The notes below the pieces were generated by a model. It was not told where the DNA came from, made no database searches, and saw only the letters and a list, made by a program, of their open reading frames with translations. The position numbers and the translations under genes are program-made. Below are positions 12,826 to 27,344 of a stretch of DNA of 64,000 bases, piece after piece. Each line of letters opens with the position of its first letter. The stretch's first letter is position 1. The DNA comes from the human T2T-CHM13v2.0 reference genome, Homo sapiens, in NCBI RefSeq assembly GCF_009914755.1, contig NC_060930.1; one strand, written 5' to 3'.

Positions 12826-14397
12826 TTGATGCTATCCCCATCAAGCTACCACTGACTTTCTTCACAGAATTGGAAAAAATTACTTTAAATTTCATATGGA
12901 ACCTTAAAAGAGCCCGCATAGCCAAGTCAATCCTAAGAAAAAAGAACAAAGCCAGAGTCATCACACTACCTGACCTCAAACTATACTACAAGGCTACAGT
13001 AACCAAAAGAGCATGGTGCTGGTACCAAAACAGATATATAGACCAGTGGAACAGAACAGAGGCCTCAGAAATAACACCACATGTCTACAACCATCTGATC
13101 TTTGACAAACCTGACAAAAACAAGCAATGGGGAGAGGATTCCCTATTTAATAAACGGTGCTGGGAAAACTGGCTAGCCATATGCAGAAAACTGAAACTGG
13201 ATCCCTTCCTTACAACTTATACAAAAATTAACTCAAGATGGATTAAAGACTTAAATTAAGACCTAAAACCTTAAAAACCCTAGAAGAAAACCTAGGCAAT
13301 ACCATTCAGGACATAGGCATAGGCAAAGACTTCATGAATAAAACACCAAAAGCAATGGCAACAAAAGCCAAAATTGACAAATGGGATCTAATTAAACTAA
13401 AGAGCTTCCGCACAGCAAAAGAAGCTATCATCAGAGTGAACAAGCAGCCTACAGAATGGAAGACAATTTTTTGCAATCTATACATCTGAAAAAGGGCTAA
13501 TATCCAGAATCTACAAAGAAGTTACATAAATTTACAAGAAAAAAACAAACAACCCCGTCAAAAAGAGAGCAAAGGGTAGGAACAGACACTTCTCAAAACA
13601 AGACATTTATGCGGCCAACAAACACATGAAAAAAAGCTCATCATCACTGGTCATTAGAGAAATGCAAATGAAAACCACAATGAGATACCATCTCATGCCA
13701 GTTAGAATGGGGATCATTAAAAATTCAGGAAACAACACATGCTGGAGAGGATGTGGAGAAATAGGAACACTTTTACACTGTTGGTGGGAGTGTAAATTAG
13801 TTCAACCATTGTGGAAGACAGTGTGGCGATTCCTTAAGGATCTAGAACCAGAAATACCATTTGACCCAGCCATCCCATTACTGGGTATATACCCAAAGGA
13901 TTATGAATCATGCTATAATAAAAATGCATGCACATGTATGTTTACTGCAGCACTATTCACAATAGCAAAGACTTGGAACCAACCCAAATGTCCATCAGTG
14001 ATAGACTGGATTATGAAAATGTGGCACATATACACCATGGAATACTATGCAGCCATAAAAAAGGATGAGTTGAGTTTATGTCCTTTTCAAGGACATGGAT
14101 GAAGGTGGAAACCATCATTCTCAGCAAAATATCACAAGGACAGAAAACCAAACACTGCATGTTCTCGCTCATAAGTGGGAGTTGAACAATGAGAACACAT
14201 GGACACAGGGAGGGGAATATCATACACTGGGGCCTGTTAGGGGGTTGGGGGCTAGGGGAGGGATAGCATCAGGAGAAATACCTAATGTAAATGATGAGTT
14301 GATGGGTGCAGCACACCAACATGGCACATGTATACCTATGTAACAAACCTGCACACTGTGCACATATACCCTGGAACTTAAAGTATAATTTTAAAAA
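12826..14397 (+). mobile_element. L1PA6/7-like 5'-truncated L1 (~1.6 kb)
   Basis: ORFs 12870-13259 and 13626-14102 are ORF2 C-terminal fragments ([38 protein letters not shown]); G-rich L1PA 3'UTR. Confidence 0.92.
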
Positions 14398-14546
14398 AGT
14401 TTATGATTAATATAATGAATTGCTAATATGATTCATGACATTCAATAAATAGTTGAGTTAATGAATTGTTCAAAAATAGTTATTTAACTAATAGTTGTGT
14501 CTGGTGTATTTCTAAAATAATAATATTTGTTCAAAAAAAAAAAAAG

Positions 14547-15061
<515 letters not shown>

Positions 15062-15786
15062 TCATACTGGATTACCCCTATTGACCTTAATTTGATTATA
15101 GTTGCAAAGCTCTTATTTCCAAATAAGGTCACATTCACAGATATTGAGAGTTAGGATTTCTATGTATCTTTTTGGGGGACATAATTTAACGAATAATGAG
15201 AAGCATTTTCAATTAGAGAGTTATATGTTATTCTTTAATAGCATTCTTAACCAGACTTCAAGGACTGAGCTAAAACTCTTAAGAAGTCAGTACAAATAGA
15301 AGACCTTTAGAAAGCATTGGTTTGGTATACTTTTATTGTACAGTTATAGGCTTATAACACTGTCTTGGGGCTGTGAGGAAAGTACAAGCGAGGTTAGAGG
15401 GCATTTTCTCTCCTACAGACTGGAACCTGGTGGAACCTGACTGCACGACGTGTTCTCAGCAGTGAACCAGGCCCCCCTGCCCTTGCCTGGAACAGGAAGA
15501 CAGCAGGAAACCAGGCTTTGAGAGGAGAGAAGGAGGCCAAGAGGACTGTCCCTAGGTATCTTGGAGGTAAGTCAGTCCACAGCAAAGACTGTGAGGAACA
15601 TTCCCTTTCTACCTGCTTCAAAATTTCCCTCCCACAAATCCCTATTTCATTTCTGCTGTAGTGTCTTTCTCATTTCCTCACCTTTCTCAGTCCCATGCTG
15701 TCTGCACTCCACTTCCTACCCTTCTTCCCCATCCCAAAAGCTGACCAAGGCATTTTATTTAAGAGGAAAATAGAAATTATTTTCTC

Positions 15787-16086
15787 GACTGGGAGCGGTG
15801 GCTCACGCCTGTAATCCCAGCACTTTGGGAGGCCCAGGCAGGTGGATCACCTGAGGTCAGGAGTTTGAGACTAGCCTGGCCAACATAGTGACACCCTTGT
15901 CTCTACTAAAAATACAAAAACTAGCTGTGTGTGGTGGCACACGCCTATAATCCCAGCTCAGGAGGCTGAGGCAGGAGAATCACTTGAACACAGGAGGCAG
16001 AGGTTGCAGTGAGCTGAGATCGTGCCATTGCACTACACCTGGGTGACAAGAGTGAAACTCCATCTCAAAAAAAGAAAAAAAAAGAA
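15787..16086 (+). mobile_element. AluS
   Basis: Full dimer, GGATCACCTGAGGTCAGGAGTTTGAGAC, A tail. Confidence 0.9.
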
Positions 16087-16120
16087 ACAATTTTTAACTT
16101 TGGAGAGTGCCAAAGACAGG

Positions 16121-16143
16121 TAGATAGATAGATAATAGATGAT

Positions 16144-16191
<48 letters not shown>

Positions 16192-16203
16192 GATAGATAG
16201 ATA
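16121..16203. repeat. Compound (GATA)n tetranucleotide STR
   Basis: Directly visible; ~10-11 uninterrupted GATA units in the core with GAT/GAAA interruptions. Confidence 0.95.
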
Positions 16204-17684
16204 AATATTTTACTCTTTGTATTTTTATAGCTCTGTTGACTTTGTCTTTCACTGTGTACCTCTCAAGGAGGGTATCCTTGTCTCTAAAAATGAACAACTA
16301 TCTCTTTTGCTTAGGAACAGAATCACTTGCCCGATGCTGTGGTCTCTGCGACTCTATATTCAGAGCATTTTCTTCTCTGCTCTGCCCAGTGCCATCAAAG
16401 GGGTACACACCCTGGTGGAGCTTTAGGCAGAAAAGTCCATTTCCAGAGTAAGTACGAACACCCCCTCCCTGCCCTCTCTCTTTCCCTCTCCCGACTACCG
16501 GGTAGAGGGTGGAGATTCTTAGATGCTTCTAGGTACTATCTGATGCTTCTAGAGTATTATCTGCCTCTCGGTTTTGGTGGCCTAATTTGGGGTCCTGCGG
16601 CCCTACTTTGATGTCTTGGGGTAAAACCTGGGGTGGAAAGCTGATCCCTGGTATGTGCCAGGGAGGTGCTTCTGGAGAAGGCTGCAAAGGCAAGGTTGCC
16701 TCTGCAGAAACCACAGCCCTGGTGGATTCTGCAGAGCCAGACCTCTGGGGATCTTGTGACTGGAAACCCGAGCTTCTGCTGGTCTCACAGCCCTTCTCAT
16801 AAGGGGCGGAGGGAGCAGGGAAGGAATGAGCTCACCCTTCCTCTCTCCGGCCGTCTTGGCCATGCCTGTGCCCTCGCTCACCTCCTTGTCACCCAGGCCC
16901 TTGGCAGGCTGGTGCTGTCAGGGTAGGAGGGTGCTGCAGTCACAAGCCTGCCAGATCCTACTTGTTGCTTTTGCAGAGTGTATAATCAGAGAATCAGGGG
17001 GAACTAGACAAACAGAAAGAACAAAGAAAGTCCTGAGATTTGGGCCAGTTTCTAGGAACTGAAAAATCTTTGCTAAAGTGAGGGTGTCTATGGATGATAT
17101 GTTCTTGCATATGTTTGTGCTGACGTGTTTACTTATAGAGGCTTAACCATTAAATCATTTTACCCCCTGAGGATGCTCTCAGAGGCAACAAATCTCTGGG
17201 AATGAAATATATCATGGCAATAAAAACTACTCATGACAGGGAGGATGCTGCTGGAGCGTGTAAAATAAATTTTAAAAACTGGGTTAAAACAGTAGGAGGC
17301 ATGATAGTCTAGCAGAAATAAAAATGACAGTTGGAGATTGTCAAATCTAGATCCTTTTTTCCTGAACAATCAATGAACTATTTTTAGCCTTTATTTTTCT
17401 AGTGGGTAAAAATGATGATAACCATGCTCTCTCTCCCAGTTCTTTCCCAGAGCTTCCTCATACTCCTCAAGTCTGGAATCAATACAATGTTAAAAAGAAA
17501 AAAGAGGTCATTAGTTGAGAATTGATAAATTGATTCAACAAACTGGGTTAAGAAGAAATGATAGGGCCAGGGGAGGGGGAAGGAGGAAATTTTAGGGAAA
17601 TAGAGTGTACTTTCGTGGTCTTAAAGTTTCTTGTCATACGAAATCAGCTCTGATTTTTAGCCTGATATCAGTTAGTCAAGATTA

Positions 17685-17880
17685 ATAATAATATTGACAA
17701 TTTGAGTGACCTGTAATGTACCTGGCAGCATGCTGGAGGCTCTTTCTCATTAACTACTCAGTAATCACACTATCTCCCCAAGGAAAGTGTAACACTCCTT
17801 GTATTATAGATGATGGAATGGAGACTCAAAAGACCAGATAACTGCCTCAAAGTCTCATGCTAGTGTGTATTGGAGATTGG
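17685..17880 (-). mobile_element. MIR
   Basis: ATTTGAGTGACCTGTAATGTACCTGGCAGCATGCT..TATTATAGATGATGGAATGGAGACTCA..TAACTGCCTCAAAGTCTCA. Confidence 0.6.
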
Positions 17881-17974
17881 CCAGTATACCATGCAGTGGG
17901 TTAGTGGAAATACTGGGTATCTTCAGTGTTGATGTTCAAGCCTAGGTGTTCTGTGGGCCGTTCAGCTAGTTTCT

Positions 17975-18277
17975 TCCTTTCTTTCTTTTAGAGACAGGGT
18001 CTTGCTCTGCCACCTAGACTGGAGTGCAGTGGTGCAATCATAGCGTATTGCAGCCTCAACTTCCTGAGCTCAAGGGATCCTCCTGCCTCAGCCTCTTAAG
18101 TAGCTAGGGCTACAGGTATGCACCACCATGCCCAGTTATTTAAAAACAAATTTTTTGTTAGAGATGGGGATCTTGCTATGTTGCCCAGGCTGGTCTTGAA
18201 CTCCTGGCCTTAAACAGTCCCCCAGGCTTGGCCTCCCAAAGCACTGGGATTATAGGTGTGAACGACTGTGCCCAGCC
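17975..18277 (-). mobile_element. AluJ
   Basis: GAGACAGGGTCTTGCTCTG..CCTGAGCTCAAG..TCTTGCTATGTTGCCCAGG; TSD TCAGCTAGTTTCT/TCAGCTATTTTCT. Confidence 0.9.
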
Positions 18278-19289
18278 AACTCAGCTATTTTCTATCATCT
18301 ACCACGTTTTCTTCTCCCAAAAAAGCCCTCCCATGTGCCTTCTATGCTTTCAAATCCTTAGCCACTTACCTAAGTCCATTGACAAAGACTCAGAACAGAG
18401 ACTTGTCGTATGGGCAAATCCAGAGACCAGACTAGGTAAGTGTGGCGGCTGGCCCAATCTGTGGACTTGAGGGCCTTCTGGCTCCTGGATCTTCCTTTCC
18501 ATACAGAGACAGGCCCCAAAGGGGACAGGAGGGGTGCTGCCCCAGAGGGCAGATCCTGGCAAGTGTGCGTGATGAGGATAAAACCACCTTGGCTTAGTTC
18601 TAGGGCCTTACGTGCTCACCAGGGACAGACTGTGAGGTACACAAATGTTAGTTTTAATCTCTCCTGTGAAGTGGTTATTATGTGACCTGATCAGAAACAC
18701 CCTCTACTCCAACCCTAGATGGTTGGTTTGCATTCACAGTCCTTTGGTCCACAGTCCAGAGGGAGCTCCTTCAAGGCATCGTCTCCTGGCTGTCTCTATC
18801 AGCAGTACAGGCTTTGTGCTTTAGCATAAAAGGTGTTAAAAAATACTTTTTTTGTTGAGATGAATGGTGTTCAAGATGTTTGGGCTGGCTAGCAGTAGTC
18901 TACAGGCACCTCTGCCCTAGCACAAGCAGGCTGTAGGAATGCAGTGATCCTAGTAGCTTACACTCTTCAGAATCTCATTTGGTTTGGCCCTGATTCTGTT
19001 ACCTGAAACCCACAGGAAAGTAAACTGAATCCTGCTGCTAGGATTTGGGAATATATGCCTTAAGTGAGTCTTTTCCAGAAATCTCTTGTTGGGCTGCTTA
19101 AAAGGGCAGAGACCTAGGACTTTATTCACCTTCCAGACAACCTGATGTGACTGTGCGTGTGCCTGTTTACTAATAAATATTTGCAGAATCAGTCCACGAT
19201 TTGCTTTCATTGTAACATATCCCTAGTGACGAGTGTGTGTGCCCATGTGTACGCATGCACATACGTGTGTATGTGTGAGTAAGAGGTGA

Positions 19290-19426
19290 TTATGCACATT
19301 TCTTCTCAACTCTGTGCTCAGTGACATCATGAGTTAGCTTGAAATAGACAAATGCTACAAATCAGGGCTTTTTCTTTTTTTTCCCCCTGGGAAACTGGTC
19401 ATTAAACATTTATCTGTGCACTGCTG
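19290..19426. mobile_element. MER63-like hAT DNA transposon fragment
   Basis: CAGTGACATCATG..TAGCTTGAAAT..CAAATGCTACAAATCAGGGCTTTT..TTAAACATTTA..CACTGCTG. Confidence 0.55.
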
Positions 19427-19631
19427 CCTCAAGCCTCTGGAGACTAATTGTGAGTGGACAAATTGTTTTAGGACAGTTTGTAGCATCATTAAAATAAATC
19501 AACCTGCTTGTCCCTACCTTTAGTCCATAAGGAGGTTAAAAACAGTTTTCAATTTGTCTTATAAGAACCCTAGGGTTTTTCAATATATATGTATTAATAT
19601 TTGCAAACAAGATTTAAAAATGATAAAAGGA

Positions 19632-19937
<306 letters not shown>

Positions 19938-20858
19938 GATAAAAGCACCACACACCTATTACAGACTACTTAGATATTAGAAAGAAGTGAAAATGCCGAA
20001 ATATATCACCCTTAGTTCTACCAGCCAAAGATAATAATTTTTAAAATCGCATTTTACAAAGTTAAGTTGTGTGACCAAGCTTTATTTTTAAGAAAGCAAA
20101 ACTAAGGAAGCACTCTCCTTAATTGTGTTGAAATGAGTTTTATTCATTGTGGAAAGCCAAGTGGAAAGAATAATTTTCAGTCTTTTGATCACTTAAGTTA
20201 GCCATGATTCCAAAAAGAAAACCTGCTTTTCCACAAACTTACAACAAGTGCCAGTTGCCTCCTTCTTGTCTTGGATTTCGATGTCCCCAGAAGCTATATT
20301 TTCTGTCTTCAGCGTGTTAGCAAGAGTGTCAGGGGTTATGAAGTAATAAGCTGAACTGTTCCCCAAATTCTCACAGTTTACTACCCATGAGCTTCCTGAG
20401 AAAGTCAACTAAAGTGAGTTCAGTCTTTGGAGTCATTTAAACACAAAGGGCTCTTCCAACTGCACAGTGAGAAACTCAACAATAGCTGTTGTCTTCAAGT
20501 GTCCACAGAGCTCAGCTGTCAAGGACTGGTTGGTTAAGAAACACATCTCAGGGCACATTAACTGGAGTGTGTTTGCTTTGGAACTAAGACTATTTTAGAA
20601 ATAAATTGAGGATCCAGATGTAATGAAAGAAGCAGGGACAAGACTCTCTTTTTTTGTGAACAGCACTTGTAACTTGTTACCCTGCATTTCGATGCTATCA
20701 CAATGCAGTTTGAGTTGAACGGCCTGCATCTGGTATTGCTTAAGTAATATCAGTGTTTCCCACTGGCTAGCCTTGTAGGGCAAGACAATCCCTCTCCTGA
20801 AAGTTCACCCACATAATGTCAAGAAAACAGCCCCTAATGATTTATTTAAAGTCATGTC

Positions 20859-21163
<305 letters not shown>

Positions 21164-21409
21164 GAAGTCAAGTCAGCAGAGGATTTTGTATATTCCAGAA
21201 CTTCGGGATAAATGCATCACAGTGGCTATGCAGAATATTGAAGGCTGTCAGAATTACAACGAATTTGTAATTGAGGCCTTTACCTTCGTGTTGTATGTCT
21301 TCTGATGGGGGAAGGAAGGCGAGCATCAATTCATAAGCTATGGCAGAGCCCACATCACAGATGTCACAGAACACTTTGCTAAAAATGCTTCCATTCACCA
21401 AGAGAGAAT

Positions 21410-21920
21410 TCTCATGTAAACCATGGACTTTCGGTGATGATGATGTGTCAGTGTAGGCTCATCAATTGCAATGAATGTACCAGTTTAGTGGGATGTTGAT
21501 AATGACAGAGTCTGTGCATGAATGGGGGTAGGCACAGAGGGTCTATGGGAAGTCTCTGTACCTTCCGCTCAATTTTAACTTTGAACTTTAAACTGCTCTA
21601 AAACATAAAGTCTATTTTTTTTTTTTTAGATGGAGTCTCGCTCTGTCACTCAGGCTGGAATGCAGTGGTGTGATCTCGGCTCACTGCAACTTCCGCCTCC
21701 TGGGTTCAAGTCTGTCTCAGCCTCCCAAGTAGCTGGGACTACAGGCGCCCACCACCATGCCTGGCTAATTTTTTGTATTTTTAGTAGAGACCGGGTTTCA
21801 CTGTGTTAGCCAGGATGGTCTCGATCTCCTGACCTCGTGATCTGCCCATCTCGGCCTCCCAAAGTGTTGGGATTACAGGCGTGAGTCACAGCACTTAGCC
21901 ATAAAGTCTATTTAAAAAAA
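21410..21920 (+). mobile_element. L1MC-like 3' end, interrupted by the Alu at 21615-21900
   Basis: ATGTAAACCATGGACTTT.GGTGATGATGATGTGTCAGTGTAGG..ATGGGAAGTCTCTGTACCTTCCGCTCAATTTT..ACTGCTCTAAAACATAAAGTCTATT. Confidence 0.75.
21615..21900 (-). mobile_element. AluSc/AluY-type
   Basis: GTTAGCCAGGATGGTCTCGATCTCCTGACCTCGTGATC; TSD ATAAAGTCTATTT (21605-21617 / 21901-21913). Confidence 0.9.
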
Positions 21921-22145
21921 CACAATCGTTTTTATTTTTTGGAGAAACCATTCCCAGGGTGAGAAGAGTCAACTGCCAGAGCTGTGGCACTTTGGGCCCA
22001 TACCATGCAAGCAGAGCCTGAGTGTGTGTTTGGGTCTGCTCTGGACATTGAGTCATTAAAGAGTGGAGTTTTTTTTAAAGATCAGAAAGAAAAAATAAAG
22101 AGAGAAACTCATCTGAAAGGGGTTTTTTTCTTTTCTTTTCTCTCT

Positions 22146-22480
<335 letters not shown>

Positions 22481-23539
22481 TGAAAGTCTTTGTTTTCATT
22501 AAGCATGGGAACCATTGATTTGTGAAGGTTTCCAGTTAAAAGTGACATGAGAGAAATGATGCATTTTCGTGATGGTTCCTTTGAGATCATTATTTTCTGA
22601 AGATTTAATTCATTATTTTCAATGTGGTACATACGGGTGGGGATAAAAAGGAGAAAGGAATATAGTTGAAGGCTGTGTGATCTGCCATGTGCCATGTGAT
22701 CCTCCCTGCAAAACCACAAATCTCCAGTAAAATCTGTAAAGAAAAAAAAAATGGTCAGATGTCTGCCTCAAGTAGATTTATTAAAGGAATTGGAGAAGGG
22801 GCTAAGTTTTGTCTTCTGGGTGTCTCTGGGTATAACAGGGACGACCCCTGAGGGTTTATAAGAGTGAAGGCAAAAGAGAGCATGAAAGAGAATATGACTG
22901 CCGGAGGGAAAATAATTCTATTCATGCTGGCTTTCTTAACTGCAATGGTCAATTTTAGAAATATTGTTACAACCAGGAGGATCCCTCTGCTAGACACATT
23001 ATACCTCTGACCTAGAAATGGCTGACATCAACACTAAAAATAGATGGGGGTTTCTTAAACAGGTTTAGTAATAGAATTTGGTTATCACAGAGCTTCAACT
23101 ACCAGACCAGTTTAATCCAAAGTGAGGCCCAGAAAGTGGAACAGTGACAAGCAGGATCGCTCCAGTCATGTGGGAAAGTACAATGTATTCATCCTAGGAG
23201 ATTATGACAGAAACAGAGAGATCACCTGGGGACTGACTGTGTTTACTGTGAGAAAATAGATGGAGCCCTGCAGGGAGGAAGTCATGGGATCTGCTCGGGA
23301 CTTTGAACTTGGCCAGAAAATCCTGTTTTCTCTTGGCGACTGACTTCTCCACACACTACTTTTCAACATATTCATAATCACACAAGGAAGAAGGCAAGAC
23401 TCTAGTACTTTTGGGTGCTCAAAGACACTTTTGGGAGAAACATATATATTAACTTCCTCTTGTGGTAGAGAGAAAGATATGGAACAGATCTGAAGACCAT
23501 CTTTATGTTGGATCCATGGAAACTGGGGGGATAATGGGG

Positions 23540-23990
23540 TTCTGTGCTAGACCCCCGCTGACTTCAGTAGGGATGGCATCATGTTCAAGAAGCTGAGGAA
23601 GAGACCCAGAGCCAGCAAAAGAGACATGGGGTTTATTGAGGGGACTTACATGGAGGGCTGTCCAGTGGCGGTGGGCTGGACAGGAGAGCCTCAGCCTCTT
23701 GTAAAAAACATGCAGTTTGTATAGTATTTTCACTTAGCACCCTCCACCTGGCAACCTTCATTTAACCCAAAACAAAGGGGCCTCAATCCCCTGTATGGCC
23801 CATATTCCACAGGATGGGAAAGGGGTTCAGACGTTCCTCATAGATAGGGAATAAATTTGTGGGTTGGCCACTCCCAGATTGATTCCTTAGCTCAGAATTC
23901 TGAATACACATTCTTCTTAGACCACAGGGTCACTCTCAAGTTATGCCTAAATTACATTATTGCTGTCAGGCCGCTTGAGGGTATGCTACA
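23540..23990 (-). mobile_element. 3' LTR of an ERVL-class provirus (LTR47-like)
   Basis: Minus strand begins TGTAGCATACC..CCTGACAGCAATAA..GAGTGACCCTGT; contains GTCCAGCCCACCGCCACTGGAC, AATAAA (23632-23637) and CTGGCTCTGGGTCTCTTC; ~450 bp; family name from memory. Confidence 0.7.
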
Positions 23991-24071
23991 TCCCAGCATA
24001 CCCCGGAGTGGCCCTCACATTCTTATCACACCATTCTTCCACAAGTTCCCTGGGGCCAGGTATGCAGAGGA

Positions 24072-25130
24072 TCATTGCAGCCAGACACTGCGGCAGCAAT
24101 ACAAACTATAACAACAACAAAGAATAATGAATATAATAGCAATCATACCATATAGAAAGTTTTTCCAAGCACTTGAGAGTTGATTGAACCACATAGTTAT
24201 AGGATTGGATGACAGGGATTCTATAGTGGAAATATCAGTATTTAGGACCTGTATAGTATGGGTTACATTGTGAGAGTCATTAGGGATATATATAAAAAAC
24301 ATTCATGTTTGTTTTTGAGACAGGGTCCCAGTTTTTTGCCCAGGTTGGAGTGCAGTGGCACAATCTTGGCTCAATGCAGCTTTGACCTCCCAAGCTCAAG
24401 CGATCCTCTCACCTCAGTCCCCCAGCAGCCGCGACTACAGGCACATGCCACCATGCCCAGCTAATTTTTTGTATTTTTTGTGGAGATGAGGTTTTGCCAT
24501 GTTGCCAGGCTGGTCATGAACTCCTAAGCTCAAGTGATCCGCCCACCTCAGCCTCCCAAAGTGCTAGGATTGCAGGCATCAGCCACCACACCCGGCCCAA
24601 TATTCAGTTTTAATTAATGCACAGGTTCTGCCCTGGCAAGCAAGATGTCCAGGGCCATGTGATTTTACAAAGAAGGGTGTGTGACCCACTCCTGGATCTG
24701 CACTACCATTGTCTACCTCAGCCCATCGTATACAGTGTACCCCCCAGCGGGGGTAACATTAACTGGCTCCCATACTAGGCAGAAAATACGTCATCTCGTC
24801 TTGTTGATGGTGGGAAACTCACTGCGTGAGGTGCTGTTGTTGCTAAAGGGAAATGGGTGATGGTCATTATACCAAGTACAGAAGTGGCTCCAGGGACTCA
24901 GGTTAGCTGCTTGGATGTATCGTGGCAGGCCCGCGGTGGTGGAGAGAGGGGCAGCTTTCTGCAGACCCAACAGTCTGTTTTGTTCTGGAGAGAGATCACT
25001 ATCTGTACCCAGTCCGCAAAGAGGTTTGCTGTGCACCATCTATGGGCAAAAGGTGAGATGTTTAGTGGGTACAAGAAAGGGCAAGTCATGGCCATTTAAC
25101 AAGACACAGGAAGTTGTGTCATTCTGAGAG
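24072..25130 (-). pseudogene. env: Defective gamma-type env remnant (SU N-terminus plus TM) of the ERVL provirus
   Basis: SU CxxC motif (NKTDCWVC, ORF 24898-25095); ISD-like L*NHMALDILLA then frameshifted QGRTCALIKTE (24600-24670); after the Alu EC.IYIPNDSHNVT..WFNQL..hydrophobic anchor..CCC (ORF 24072-24302). Confidence 0.8.
24307..24597 (-). mobile_element. AluJ inserted in the env CX6CC motif
   Basis: J-type GAGACAGGGTC..CCCAAGCTCAAGCGATCC; degenerate TSD on minus strand AAAACTGAATATT/AAACATGAATGTT. Confidence 0.88.
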
Positions 25131-25769
25131 AGCGCCACCCCTGACCATGGCCAGGTGCCTGGTTTACGATACCAAATGGATTGCCCCGCTCTGCCACATG
25201 TTATGGGAGGTCAGAGTAAGACCTGGGGGTATCATAATGTTCCGTAATGAGAGGATGATCATCCCCTTGCACAAAGGGAGGACCAGGATTCATTATTTTA
25301 GAAGTATGAGGAAGAGTAGGGTGTAAAGTGGGTGTGACCTGTATATCCTATTCCAGGCCCTTCCCCCATGGAGCAGAAAAACCAAACCATCAGGGACTGG
25401 TTTGCCATTTTCAGGGCCATGTAATGATGTGCTTGCTGGTACATAGGTCCTGTGGCAAGGGCAATAGCAGGTTACCTTGAATCCCAGGTTGGGACAAAAG
25501 TGTACTGTCCCTTAGCCTGCCTCCCTGGATCCTGACGGGGGGATCAGGTCCTTGCATCAGAACAGTGTACAGCCTGGAGTGACGAGAACGCGCATGCTCA
25601 TTCAGGGTGTGGATGGCTGCTGGTAAGCAGCATGTCCACAGAACCAGAAAGTGCACCTCCTGCCAGAGTTGTCACTTCAACAGTCCATTCATCTGTTCAA
25701 TCAGCCGTGTTGCTGTAGGGCTATCTGCAAGTGGAAATGCCGGTGGCTATCCAGGGCCTCCACCCATTT

Positions 25770-25903
25770 CTGTACTGTATGTCTGATAATTACAAGCCCT
25801 GATCGCTGTCGATATTGGTGGGGACACTGCAGGCTGCACTGTATGTCTGGTAATTACAAGCCCTGATCACTGTCAATATTAGTGGGGACACTGTAGGCTG
25901 CAC
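25770..25903. repeat. 64-bp tandem duplication within the ERVL integrase
   Basis: CTGTACTGTATGTCTGATAATTACAAGCCCTGATCGCTGTCGATATTGGTGGGGACACTGCAGG repeated at 25770 and 25834. Confidence 0.95.
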
Positions 25904-26470
25904 ACAGCTGCTCTAGTCCTTTCATGGTGGTTTTTCCGGGTAGCATGCTTGCTGGGATATGCCTGCAGCTGCCCCGTGCAGGTGTCTGCACAGTCAAGGC
26001 ATAGTGGCAGCCATCAGAAGCAAAGGCCCTATGTAGTCACCTGCCACTGTTGCACTGGGCTCCAGCCCCTGACCATCTTTTAGGTATCAGGCAGCCAGGG
26101 CCTGGGGCGTTCAGGCCAGGTAGGACATTGCTGACAGACATGTACTATATCTTTATATCATAGTGGCAGGCCCCAGTTCTTCACTATGGCTCAAAGAGTA
26201 CATTGTCCCCGATATCTTGTTTTCTCAGGTAGCCACGGGGACTTCCTCAAGGAGACAAATGCAGGCGAGCCCATCCACCCGTGGGTTTCTAGGTGGTGTA
26301 GGTGGAGTGTGGGCATCCACGTGGTAGGCCGCTATGTGCATCCCCGGATGCAATGGAGAATGTCCTTCCACATGTCAGCACCCCAGAGGGGGTAACCCAC
26401 TACTGTCCACATCCTGGGCTTCCCACTGTAGTAGCCACATGGTGAGTCCCTTAAAGATGGCCCAACTGCA

Positions 26471-27344
<874 letters not shown>

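Noticed and set aside
12870-14102. L1 ORF2 fragments as functional CDS
   Set aside because: 5'-truncated, frameshifted, with no EN or RT domain and no promoter.
25130-25560. dUTPase between IN and env, as in HERV-L
   Set aside because: The position fits but I could not read any conserved dUTPase motif; needs an HMM search.
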